This document shows, piece after piece, positions 55,943-64,000 of a stretch of DNA of 64,000 nucleotides (the first letter of the stretch is position 1; each line of letters opens with the position of its first letter). A program made the position numbers and the translations under genes. Origin of the DNA: Pusillimonas sp. (GTDB taxonomy: Bacteria > Pseudomonadota > Gammaproteobacteria > Burkholderiales > Burkholderiaceae_B); the NCBI GenBank assembly GCA_040391135.1, contig JBEBYL010000013.1, positions 3,778 through 67,777 of the forward strand, given 5' to 3'. Under the pieces are notes generated by a model. The model was not told where the DNA came from, did no database searches, and worked only from the letters and a program-made list of their open reading frames with translations.

Positions 55943-58284
55943 GCGCAAGGGACAACAAGCCGGAAGATGCGCCTTTGCAGGTGGTGCATATTATTTCCGG
56001 CCTGGGCCAGGGCGGTGCGGAAACGGTCTTGCATCGCCTCGTGGCCGCCCCCTCCCAGCCCGATCATCATCATGTTGTTTCCATGGGCGACGCGGGCGTG
56101 TTCGGGCCCCGCCTGCGCGAGGCGGGCATTCCGGTCCACACATTGCATATGGGCAGCCCGGCCGGCATGGCCAAGGGTCTTTGGCGCATGTACCGCCTTT
56201 TGCGCGAACTGAATCCCGATGTGGTCCAGACCTGGATGTACCACGCGGATCTGATCGGCGGCATTGTTGCGCGCCTGGCAGGCATCAAGGCCGTGTCCTG
56301 GGGCATACGCAACTCGGGTGCCGACCTTCATAAAGGCAGCAAGTCCGCCCGCCTGTTTTCGTGGCTGTGCGCCCGCTTGTCGGGCTGGGTGCCGGCGGTC
56401 ATTGTCTCCTGTGCCGAAAATGCCGCTCAGCGCCACCGCCAGTGGGGCTACCGCGCGGACAGGATGCTGGTCATTCCCAACGGCTACGATCTTTCGCGTT
56501 GGCGCGCCGATGCACAGGCGCGCGCGGCCGTCCGGACGCAATGGGGCGTGCCGGCCGACGCGCCGGTCATTGGCAGCGTGGCGCGATGGAATCCCCTGAA
56601 GGATCACGCGAACCTGTTGGCGGCATTCGCGCTCAGCGCCCAACATTTTCCGGCGATGCGCTGCATTCTGATCGGCCATGGGATGGATGAATCCAACGCC
56701 GAATTGATGCGGCTTTTGAATGGCCACGGTATACGCGACAAGGTCATCCTGATGGGACGCCAGGACGATGTGCCCGGCTTGATGAATGGGCTGGATGTGC
56801 ATGTGCTGTCCAGCCGGGCCGAGGGGTTCCCCAATGTGGTGGCCGAAGCCATGGCCAGCGGGGTTGCCTGCGTGGCGACCGATGTCGGCGACGCCGCCAT
56901 GATCCTGGGCGGCGCGGGCTGGCTGGCACCCGCGCAGAATGCGGCCGCCCTGTCGGCGGCCATCGACCAGGCGGTGCAAGCGCTGGGCACGGCGGATCAT
57001 GCGGAACGCATTGCGAAAGGCCGGGAGCGCGTGGGCAGCCTGTTCAGCCTGGAAGCCATGGTCGATGGCTATCATGCGGTGTGGCGCCGGCTGGCAGCCG
57101 ATTTTCCGCGGCGCGCAGGGCCTGGCGGCTTGGCGCCGGAGGGGCGGGGCGCGTCGGCCCGCCGCCTGTTGTTCGTGGTGAACAATCCCGCTTTTTTTCT
57201 GTCGCATCGCCTGCCCCTGGCCTTGCGCGCCCGGGATGAAGGCTATGACGTGCATGTGGCGACTATGGACGGCCCGTCGGTTGCCCGAATTGTCGAGCTG
57301 GGCCTTGCGCATCATGTCATTCCCATGTCGCGCAGCGGAAAGAACCCCATTCAGGAAATCGGCAGCCTGTATGCGTTGTGGGCCTTGTTTCGCCGACTGC
57401 GTCCGCATATCGTGCATGCCGTCACCATCAAGCCGGTGCTGTATGGAGGCATCGCGGCCAGGCTGGCCGGCGTGCCGGCCTACGTCGCCGCCATTTCTGG
57501 CCTGGGCTTTATCTTTACCCGGCCGGCCCGGGGCGTCGACTTCCTGCGCGTTGCCGCGACCGTGCTGTACCGCCTGGCGCTGGGCCATCGCAACAGCCGG
57601 GTTATTTTCCAGAATGCGAACGATCGCGACGTCTTGCACAAGGCGGGCGTGGTCAGGACGGAGCAGGTCGTGCTGATTCGAGGCTCGGGCGTGGACCTGG
57701 ATGAGTTCCAGGCCAGGCCGGAGCCGGACGGGCCGCCCGTCGCCATCATGGCCGCGCGCCTGTTGCGCGACAAGGGCGTATTGGAATTTGTCGAAGCGGC
57801 GCGCCTGGCCGCGTCCGATCCCGCGGGCTTGCGCTGGGTGCTGGCGGGCAGCCCCGACCCCGGCAATCCGGCCAGCATAAGCCTCGAACAATTCGAGAGC
57901 TGGCGGCGGGAGGGGGTGGTGCAGTGCCTGGGCGAGCGATCCGATATCGCGCAGCTTTATGGCGATGCGCACATTGCCGTGCTGCCTTCCTATCGCGAGG
58001 GCTTGCCCAAATCGCTGGTCGAGGCGGCGGCCTGCGGCCGCGCCGTGGTCACGACCGATGTGCCCGGCTGCCGCGATGCGATCGAGCCGGATGTCTCCGG
58101 CTTGCTGGTGCCCGCGCGCGATGCGCGGGCCTTGGCACAGGCCGTGTTGCGATTGGCTCGGGATGGCGAACTGCGGCGCAGGATGGGGACGGAAGGCCGC
58201 CGGCTTGCCGAGCGGGAATTCGACATCCGCAAGGTGGCGCAGGTCCATCTGGATATCTATCAGGTGTTGACGGCCGGCCGCTGA
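55939..58284 (+). CDS. Tandem double glycosyltransferase (two fused GT4/GT-B modules, ~781 aa)
   Basis: The ORF is trimmed to MSARDNKPED, with an ATGA overlap with the upstream GT. Module 1 has GLGQGGAETV...EGFPNVVAEAMASGVACV. Module 2 begins after about aa 395 with LLFVVNNPAFFLSHRL...REGLPKSLVEAAACGRAVV. Confidence 0.8.
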   Translation: MSARDNKPEDAPLQVVHIISGLGQGGAETVLHRLVAAPSQPDHHHVVSMGDAGVFGPRLREAGIPVHTLHMGSPAGMAKGLWRMYRLLRELNPDVVQTWMYHADLIGGIVARLAGIKAVSWGIRNSGADLHKGSKSARLFSWLCARLSGWVPAVIVSCAENAAQRHRQWGYRADRMLVIPNGYDLSRWRADAQARAAVRTQWGVPADAPVIGSVARWNPLKDHANLLAAFALSAQHFPAMRCILIGHGMDESNAELMRLLNGHGIRDKVILMGRQDDVPGLMNGLDVHVLSSRAEGFPNVVAEAMASGVACVATDVGDAAMILGGAGWLAPAQNAAALSAAIDQAVQALGTADHAERIAKGRERVGSLFSLEAMVDGYHAVWRRLAADFPRRAGPGGLAPEGRGASARRLLFVVNNPAFFLSHRLPLALRARDEGYDVHVATMDGPSVARIVELGLAHHVIPMSRSGKNPIQEIGSLYALWALFRRLRPHIVHAVTIKPVLYGGIAARLAGVPAYVAAISGLGFIFTRPARGVDFLRVAATVLYRLALGHRNSRVIFQNANDRDVLHKAGVVRTEQVVLIRGSGVDLDEFQARPEPDGPPVAIMAARLLRDKGVLEFVEAARLAASDPAGLRWVLAGSPDPGNPASISLEQFESWRREGVVQCLGERSDIAQLYGDAHIAVLPSYREGLPKSLVEAAACGRAVVTTDVPGCRDAIEPDVSGLLVPARDARALAQAVLRLARDGELRRRMGTEGRRLAEREFDIRKVAQVHLDIYQVLTAGR

Positions 58285-58319
58285 CGGCCGAGCAGGGCCG
58301 TCGGCCACGGCGGCGGCAA

Positions 58320-59711
58320 TCAAAAAGGCAGGGCGATATCGGGCGCCAGCGCAATCAGCGCCTTGCGGAATTCGTCCATGATGCGTTCCACATCTTCAGC
58401 CGAGTTGCCTTCGAAGCGCAATACGATGACGGGCGTGGTGTTGGAGGCGCGCGCCAGGCCGAAGCCGTCGGCGTATTCGGCGCGCACGCCGTCTATGGTG
58501 CTGATGTTGGTGGCGCTGGGAAACTGGCCTTCCTTTTGCAGGCGCGCGATCAGGGCGTGAGGCTGGCCTTCCTGCATTTCCAGTTTGATCTCCGGCGTGG
58601 AGACATCCTTGGGCAAGGCTTCCAGCACAGTCCAGGGCTGCTCGTGGCCGGACAGGATTTCCAGCAGGCGCGCGCCAGCGTACAGGCCGTCGTCAAACCC
58701 GAACCAGCGTTCCTTGAAGAAAATGTGGCCGCTCATTTCGCCGGCCAGCGGAGCGCCGGTTTCGGCCAGCTTGGCCTTGATCATCGAATGGCCGGTTTGC
58801 CACATCAGCGGCTTGCCGCCGGCCTGCTTGATGGCGCGGGCCACGTGGCGGCTGCATTTGACGTCGAAAATAATCGTGGAACCGGGTTGGCGTTGCAGGA
58901 CGTCCTGCGCGTACAGGATCAGTTGGCGGTCGGGCCAGATGATTTCCCCCGATGGGGTGACCACGCCCAGCCGGTCGGCGTCGCCATCGAAGGCCAGGCC
59001 CAGCTCGCAGCCATTTTCTTTTACATGCCGGATCAGGTCCTGCAGATTGTGCGGATCCGCCGGGTCGGGATGGTGATTGGGGAAGGTGCCGTCGACTTCG
59101 CAGTACAGTTCGTCGACCTCGCAACCCAAAGCCCGGAACAGGCGCGCCGCCACGGCGCCGCCCACGCCGTTGCCGCAATCGATGGCGATTTTCATGGGGC
59201 GCGCAAGGGTGATGGTGTCGCGGATATGCTCGACATAGGCGTCCAGCAGTTCCAGCTTGCGCCGGGTTCCGGGCTTGATCCCATCGGTGGACTCGGGCGC
59301 GGCCATGGCCTGCGACAGTTTCTGTATGTCCTCGCCGTACAGGGTCTTTCCGTCCATCATCATCTTGAAGCCGTTGTAGTCGGGCGGATTGTGGCTGCCG
59401 GTGATTGCGACGCCCGAGCCGGTATGCTGCGTGTAGGCGGCAAAGTAGACGACGGGGGTCGGGACCATGCCCAGGTCGATGGTGTTGATGCCGCCTTGCA
59501 GCAGGCCGTTTTGCAGCCCCTGCGCCAGCTCCGGACTGCTTAGCCTGCCGTCGTATCCCACCACCAGCGTGCTCACCCCTTCGGACCGCGCGCGCTGCGC
59601 CAGGGCAAGGCCCAGGCTATGGGCGAATTCGGCATTCAACTGGTCGGGCACGGTGCCGCGAATATCGTAGGCTTTGAATACGGCGGCTGGGAAGGGTGAT
59701 TGACGGGTCAC
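58320..59711 (-). CDS. Phosphomannomutase/phosphoglucomutase
   Basis: It has FKAYDIRG, the active-site Ser loop TGSHNPPDYNGFK, and the metal loop FDGDADR. The GTG start at 59711 has an AAGGA SD, and the alternative start is 59768. Confidence 0.9.
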   Translation of the reverse strand: MTRQSPFPAAVFKAYDIRGTVPDQLNAEFAHSLGLALAQRARSEGVSTLVVGYDGRLSSPELAQGLQNGLLQGGINTIDLGMVPTPVVYFAAYTQHTGSGVAITGSHNPPDYNGFKMMMDGKTLYGEDIQKLSQAMAAPESTDGIKPGTRRKLELLDAYVEHIRDTITLARPMKIAIDCGNGVGGAVAARLFRALGCEVDELYCEVDGTFPNHHPDPADPHNLQDLIRHVKENGCELGLAFDGDADRLGVVTPSGEIIWPDRQLILYAQDVLQRQPGSTIIFDVKCSRHVARAIKQAGGKPLMWQTGHSMIKAKLAETGAPLAGEMSGHIFFKERWFGFDDGLYAGARLLEILSGHEQPWTVLEALPKDVSTPEIKLEMQEGQPHALIARLQKEGQFPSATNISTIDGVRAEYADGFGLARASNTTPVIVLRFEGNSAEDVERIMDEFRKALIALAPDIALPF

Positions 59712-59957
59712 GGTGTATCCTTGAATGACTGATGCTTGGATATGATTATCGTGGATTATGCCGCGCACCGCTGAGCTTGAGCGATTCCCCGGTAAGGATA
59801 TGTAATTCCATTTCCACGCCAGGCATGCGTTTTGCCGGCTTCGTTTGCTTTGCGCCGGCGATGCCCGCGCTTTGCCTTCGCGTTCACGCTGGATTATGGA
59901 ATAAGGTCTTAAAATAATGGCCGCAGACGATTTTTGTTTCTTGAAAGAAGGCGCGCA

Positions 59958-61373
59958 ATGAGTCGATTAGACGAACTGGTTCAGATGCTGGGCTCCCAGT
60001 ATGTATTGACGGGGGACGATGCCGAGCCCTACACGGTCGATTGGCGCGGCCGTTATAGCGGCGCGGCCCTGGCCGTGGTCAAGCCCGGCTCCACGCAAGA
60101 GGTGGCCGAGGTCGTGCGCTGGTGCGTCGCGCACAAGGTGCCCATGGTGCCGCAGGGCGGCAACACGGGCTTGTGCGGCGGGGCCACGCCGGACTCCAGC
60201 GGGGCCGCACTGGTCATTTCCCTGACGCGCCTGAACGCGATACGCGGCATCGATACCGACAACGACACCATGGTGGTGGAAGCCGGCTGCATCCTGCAGG
60301 CGGTCCAGCAGGCCGCGCGCGACGCCGATCGCCTGTTTCCCCTTAGCCTGGCCGCCGAAGGCAGCTGCACGCTGGGCGGCAACCTGGCCACCAATGCGGG
60401 CGGCACGCAAGTCCTGCGCTACGGCAATGCGCGCGATTTGGTCCTGGGCCTGGAAGTTGTCACGGCCGACGGCGATATCTGGCACGGCCTGCGCGGCCTG
60501 CGCAAGGACAACACCGGCTACGATCTGCGCAATTTGTACATAGGCAGCGAAGGCACCCTGGGCATCATCACGGCGGCCACGGTAAAGCTCTATCCCGTGC
60601 CGGTGGCCCAGTGCACAGCCCTGCTGGCGCTGGATTCCGTCGAAGACGCCGTGTCGGTCCTGTCGGCCGCGCGCAAGGGCTTCGGCGCGGCGCTGACCGG
60701 CTTCGAGCTGATCGCGGGCAACTGCCTGCACGGCGTGACCCAGTGCTATCCGCAGCAGCGGATTCCCTTCGAAGGTGAATCGGCCGCCAAACCCTGGTAT
60801 GCCTTGCTGGAGCTGTCCGACAGCGAAAGCGCGGAACATGCCCGCGAACGCTTCGAGGCCATCGTCGGCGATACGATAGAAGCGGGGCTGGTGCAAGATG
60901 CCGTCATTGCGGAAAACATCAGCCAAAGCAAGGCTTTGTGGCATCTGCGCGAAAGCATACCGCTGGCCGAGAAGGCTTTCGGCAAGAGCATCAAGCACGA
61001 CGTATCGATTCCGGTGTCGCTGATGGCCAGGTTCGTGGAAACCACCAACGCCGCTTTGCAGCAGCGTTTTCCCGGCATAGAACACGTTATCTTTGGCCAT
61101 CTGGGCGACGGCAACCTGCACTACAACGTGGCGCGCGGCCAGGCCTATACCGAAGACCAGCTTCTTGCCATGCAGTACGACGTTTACGAAGTCGTGCATG
61201 ACAGCGTGCATCGCTTCGGCGGATCGATCAGCGCCGAGCACGGAGTCGGGCAGCTCAAGCGCGATGCCCTGCCCAAGTACAAGGATCCGGTCGAGCTGGC
61301 GCTCATGCGCCGCATCAAGCAGGTGCTGGATCCCCACCAACTGATGAACCCGGGCAAGGTGCTGGCGCCCTGA
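59958..61373 (+). CDS. FAD-linked oxidase (GlcD / D-2-hydroxyacid dehydrogenase family)
   Basis: The ORF is trimmed to MSRLDELV. It has PQGGNTGLCGGA in the FAD-binding PCMH domain and a C-terminal HGVGQLKR motif. Confidence 0.88.
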   Translation: MSRLDELVQMLGSQYVLTGDDAEPYTVDWRGRYSGAALAVVKPGSTQEVAEVVRWCVAHKVPMVPQGGNTGLCGGATPDSSGAALVISLTRLNAIRGIDTDNDTMVVEAGCILQAVQQAARDADRLFPLSLAAEGSCTLGGNLATNAGGTQVLRYGNARDLVLGLEVVTADGDIWHGLRGLRKDNTGYDLRNLYIGSEGTLGIITAATVKLYPVPVAQCTALLALDSVEDAVSVLSAARKGFGAALTGFELIAGNCLHGVTQCYPQQRIPFEGESAAKPWYALLELSDSESAEHARERFEAIVGDTIEAGLVQDAVIAENISQSKALWHLRESIPLAEKAFGKSIKHDVSIPVSLMARFVETTNAALQQRFPGIEHVIFGHLGDGNLHYNVARGQAYTEDQLLAMQYDVYEVVHDSVHRFGGSISAEHGVGQLKRDALPKYKDPVELALMRRIKQVLDPHQLMNPGKVLAP

Positions 61374-61413
61374 TGGGCGTCCAGGCCGCAACGATGCGCC
61401 AAAGGCACATGCC

Positions 61414-62112
61414 ATGATGGCTCTCAAGCCCCGGGTGCTGCTGGTGGAGAACGACTTCACCGTGGCGCAGAACCTGTACGGCTATCTTGAACTCAAGGGC
61501 TTTGCTCCGGATGCCGCCTACGACGGCCATGCCGCGCTGGGGCTGCTGGAGACGGGCGAATTCGATGCCGTCATCCTGGATATCGGTTTGCCCGGGTTGG
61601 ATGGCTATGGCGTGTTGCAGGCGATCCGCAAAAGCCGCCATGCGGACCTGCCTGTCCTGATGCTGACCGCTCGCGGTCAGCTGGAAGACAAGCTGGGCGC
61701 TTTCGAGCTAGGCGCCGACGACTACCTGGTCAAGCCTTTTGCCTTGGCCGAGGTCGAGGCGCGCTTGCGGGTCATGCTAAGGCATGCGTCCGGCGGCTAC
61801 CAGGAGCTTATTCCGGAATTCGCAGGCATTGCGTACGATGCGGCGACGCAATCGGTCCGGGTGCGCGGCAAGGCTGTCCATCTGACGCGCAAGTCGCTGC
61901 TTATTCTTGAGCTGCTGCTGCGGCACGCAGGCCGGCTCGTGCCGCGCCGGCGGCTGGAGCAGGCGCTGTGGCCCGATGAGCCGCCATCGGACGAGGCCTT
62001 GCGCAGCCAGATGCACTTGTTGCGCAAGGCCTTGCAAGAGGCAGGCTACGACGGCATCGAGACGGTGCACGGCCAGGGCTGGAAGCTGAACGATCCGGGC
62101 GGCGCGCCATGA
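61414..62112 (+). CDS. OmpR-family response regulator
   Basis: The receiver domain has VLLVENDF...ILDIGLPGLDG...LTAR...DDYLVKPF. A C-terminal winged-helix domain follows. Confidence 0.9.
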   Translation: MMALKPRVLLVENDFTVAQNLYGYLELKGFAPDAAYDGHAALGLLETGEFDAVILDIGLPGLDGYGVLQAIRKSRHADLPVLMLTARGQLEDKLGAFELGADDYLVKPFALAEVEARLRVMLRHASGGYQELIPEFAGIAYDAATQSVRVRGKAVHLTRKSLLILELLLRHAGRLVPRRRLEQALWPDEPPSDEALRSQMHLLRKALQEAGYDGIETVHGQGWKLNDPGGAP

Positions 62113-63452
62113 TGGCGCGCTATTCCCTGATGCAGCGCGTCACCTGGGCGCTGACGGGATCGGCCACTCTTTTCGTGGTCGTATTGTGCGCGGTGTTCTT
62201 TCTTTCGTTTGGACAGATGGAAGATGACCTGGTCAATGCCGTCCTGGCGACGGAAGCGGGGCATCTGATCGGCCAGCTCGAACAGGGCCATGCCATTCCC
62301 ACAGAGCAGAGCCAGACGGAACTGGGGGCGCAGCTGCAGACCTGGCTGATCAATGACCATGGGAATCAGACGCTGCTGCCCGGACCGCTGCGCGATCTGG
62401 GCCTGGGCACGCATGTGATCGGACCGGGCAATCAGACCTGGCATGTGCTGGTTGCGCAAACCCCCAAGGGCATGCTTTATTTGCGCTACGACGCCACGGC
62501 GCACGAGGCCCGGGTGCATGAATTCGGCTGGATAGTGCTGATCCTGGGGGTGATGTGCATAGCCGCGGCTTTTGCCGTGTCCAGGTGGCTGGCGGGCCTG
62601 GTGGTGGGGCCGCTGCTGGACCTGGCCGACCACCTTTCCACTTGGGCGCCGGGCGCCCCCGACATTTCCGTTCGGCGCGACGACGAAGTGGGGCGTCTGA
62701 TCGAAACGTTCAACCGGGTCCAGAACCGCGTTGAAGAATCGCTGACCTTCGAGCGCGAGTTCGCCTTCAACCTTAGCCATGAAATCCGCGGAGCCCTTGC
62801 GGGCATACGGACGGATGCCGAGATGCTGCTTCTGGATGCCGAGCTTGCGCCCGCCGGGAGGCAGCGCCTGGAGCGCATGGTGGCGCATGTCGACATGATG
62901 GCGGGCAGCATTGCGAGCGCCGAAAGCCTGGCGCGCGACATTCCGGCCCAGAGCAAGGAGATCGGCGTGCGCGAATGCCTGGACGAGGCATGGCTGGCGA
63001 TCGAAGCCGAGGCGCTGCGGCAAGGATTGGTTTTCGTCAACGATGTTCCCGCGGACATGACGCTGGTGCTCGACCCCTACGCATTCCTGACCGTGGTGCG
63101 CAATCTGATGCGCAATGCGGCCGAGCACGCTGCGCCGGCCACGCTGCGCGCGCTGCGTCTGGACGAACGAAGCCTGGCCTTCTCGGACGATGGCCCTGGA
63201 ATCCCCGCTGAATCGCTGCCTTTGCTTTTCGACCGCTATTTCAGTGCGCGCCGCAAGGACACCATGGGCGATGGCCGGCTGTCGGGCGCGGCCGCCGGGC
63301 AAGGCGAGGGATCGCGCCGGGGCCTGGGCCTGGCCATAGCCCGCCAGATGTGCATGCGCAAGAACTGGCAGTTGACGGTCCAGTCGCGCGAGCAGGAGCC
63401 GGGCAGGGGCACCACCTTCATTCTGCGCCTGGACGGTGCGCCATCCGCCTGA
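62109..63452 (+). CDS. Sensor histidine kinase
   Basis: It has an ATGA overlap with the response regulator and two TM helices. It also has a HAMP-like linker, the H-box FNLSHEIRGAL, the N-box VRNLMRNAAEH and G-boxes DDGPGI / GLGLAI. Confidence 0.88.
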   Translation: MMARYSLMQRVTWALTGSATLFVVVLCAVFFLSFGQMEDDLVNAVLATEAGHLIGQLEQGHAIPTEQSQTELGAQLQTWLINDHGNQTLLPGPLRDLGLGTHVIGPGNQTWHVLVAQTPKGMLYLRYDATAHEARVHEFGWIVLILGVMCIAAAFAVSRWLAGLVVGPLLDLADHLSTWAPGAPDISVRRDDEVGRLIETFNRVQNRVEESLTFEREFAFNLSHEIRGALAGIRTDAEMLLLDAELAPAGRQRLERMVAHVDMMAGSIASAESLARDIPAQSKEIGVRECLDEAWLAIEAEALRQGLVFVNDVPADMTLVLDPYAFLTVVRNLMRNAAEHAAPATLRALRLDERSLAFSDDGPGIPAESLPLLFDRYFSARRKDTMGDGRLSGAAAGQGEGSRRGLGLAIARQMCMRKNWQLTVQSREQEPGRGTTFILRLDGAPSA

Positions 63453-63590
63453 TGCATCCCTGTCGGTGCATGGCCGGAGCGCCCGATTCAACGTTAATTT
63501 CACGCCCTTGGCCGTATCGTGTGTCGTTTTCGGCGTACTGCGCCCGGCACCCGGCCGGGATGCCGCATACGCTCCATTCAGGATGGACAC

Positions 63591-64000
63591 ATGGGCAAGC
63601 CCGTGAGCATGCATTATCAAAACCCGCTGTTTTATATATTGACCCAGGTGGTGGGCCTGACCTTGCTTCTGGGATGGCTGGCCTATACGGTGCAGCAGTC
63701 GCCCCTGGACATGGGGTTGACGCGCTTCTTCTATGATACGGCCAGCCACGGTTTCCCCTGGCGGCATCAGGCTTTCGTGGACGCCATGGGCCAGTTCGTG
63801 GTGTGGCTGGTTCCCATCGCTTGCGCTTTGTTTTGCGGCGCCGCGGCGGTGCTGAGCCATAGGGTTAAGGCAATGGCGCCGGCACGCGCTGCGTTATGGG
63901 CATTGTTCGCTGCGTTTTGCCTGGTCCCGCTGCTGGCCGGCGGGCTGAAGCACTATACCGCCATGCCGCGTCCATTCGCGCTGGCCATGTTCGGCGGTTA
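63591..64000 (+). CDS. PAP2-family phosphatase, 3' end cut by window edge
   Basis: My translation from the ATG at 63591 gives MGKPVSMHYQNPLFYILTQVV... with TM helices and the PAP2 motif 1 K-x6-RP (LKHYTAMPRP). It is absent from the ORF track because no stop lies in the window. Confidence 0.6.
   Translation, partial: MGKPVSMHYQNPLFYILTQVVGLTLLLGWLAYTVQQSPLDMGLTRFFYDTASHGFPWRHQAFVDAMGQFVVWLVPIACALFCGAAAVLSHRVKAMAPARAALWALFAAFCLVPLLAGGLKHYTAMPRPFALAMFGG

Noticed and set aside
1-64000. A scan for CRISPR arrays, tRNA/rRNA genes, IS elements, integrases and prophage genes.
   Set aside because: None were recognised by eye on either strand. This is a negative result that tRNAscan-SE, ISfinder and CRISPR tools should confirm.

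Overview
This is a high-G+C chromosomal segment, and gene content and order suggest a betaproteobacterium of the Alcaligenaceae (Bordetella/Achromobacter-like). I ran no searches, so every family call comes from reading the supplied translations and the DNA by eye.

The backbone is housekeeping. It carries an enolase-superfamily/2-hydroxyacid dehydrogenase/NIPSNAP operon with a divergent GntR regulator, then metG, apbC, tamA-tamB, dcd, a Lys/Orn/Arg decarboxylase, and gcvTHP behind a tandem glycine riboswitch. Further on are a class-III aminotransferase, folA-thyA, an unusual cbb3-like oxidase cluster and coq7. A surface-polysaccharide locus follows, with WbpL/WecA-like, WbpO/TviB-like and WbpP/TviC-like genes, a MurJ-like flippase, glycosyltransferases, an AsnB-like amidotransferase and a PMM/PGM. 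The window ends with an FAD oxidase, a two-component system and a partial PAP2 phosphatase.

Between gcvP (ends 23808) and the aminotransferase (ends 38082) lies a roughly 14 kb mosaic accessory insert with visibly lower G+C. It has no integrase, tRNA or IS element.

- **Left half, about 24.0-30.4 kb:** this resembles a small defence island. It holds a 542-aa TIGR04141/DUF6119-like protein with a nuclease-like D..E..H-x-K motif and an HNH endonuclease inactivated by an in-frame TGA. Divergent from these is a tightly coupled two-gene operon encoding a DUF4062-like (TIR/nucleoside-deoxyribosyltransferase-like) protein and a leaderless PhoD-like metallophosphatase. I consider this pair the best candidate for an undescribed conflict system.
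- **Right half, about 30.7-37.8 kb:** this is a LysR/TetR-controlled detoxification cargo of SDRs, a haloacid dehalogenase, two GSTs and a RibD_C/DHFR-family protein. It ends in a truncated gene remnant.

Elsewhere, a promoter-to-terminator unit at 46.5-46.7 kb looks like a CU-rich (anti-Shine-Dalgarno) sRNA. Many long ORFs in the track are antisense shadow ORFs typical of high-G+C DNA and were rejected. No CRISPR arrays, rRNA or tRNA genes were seen.
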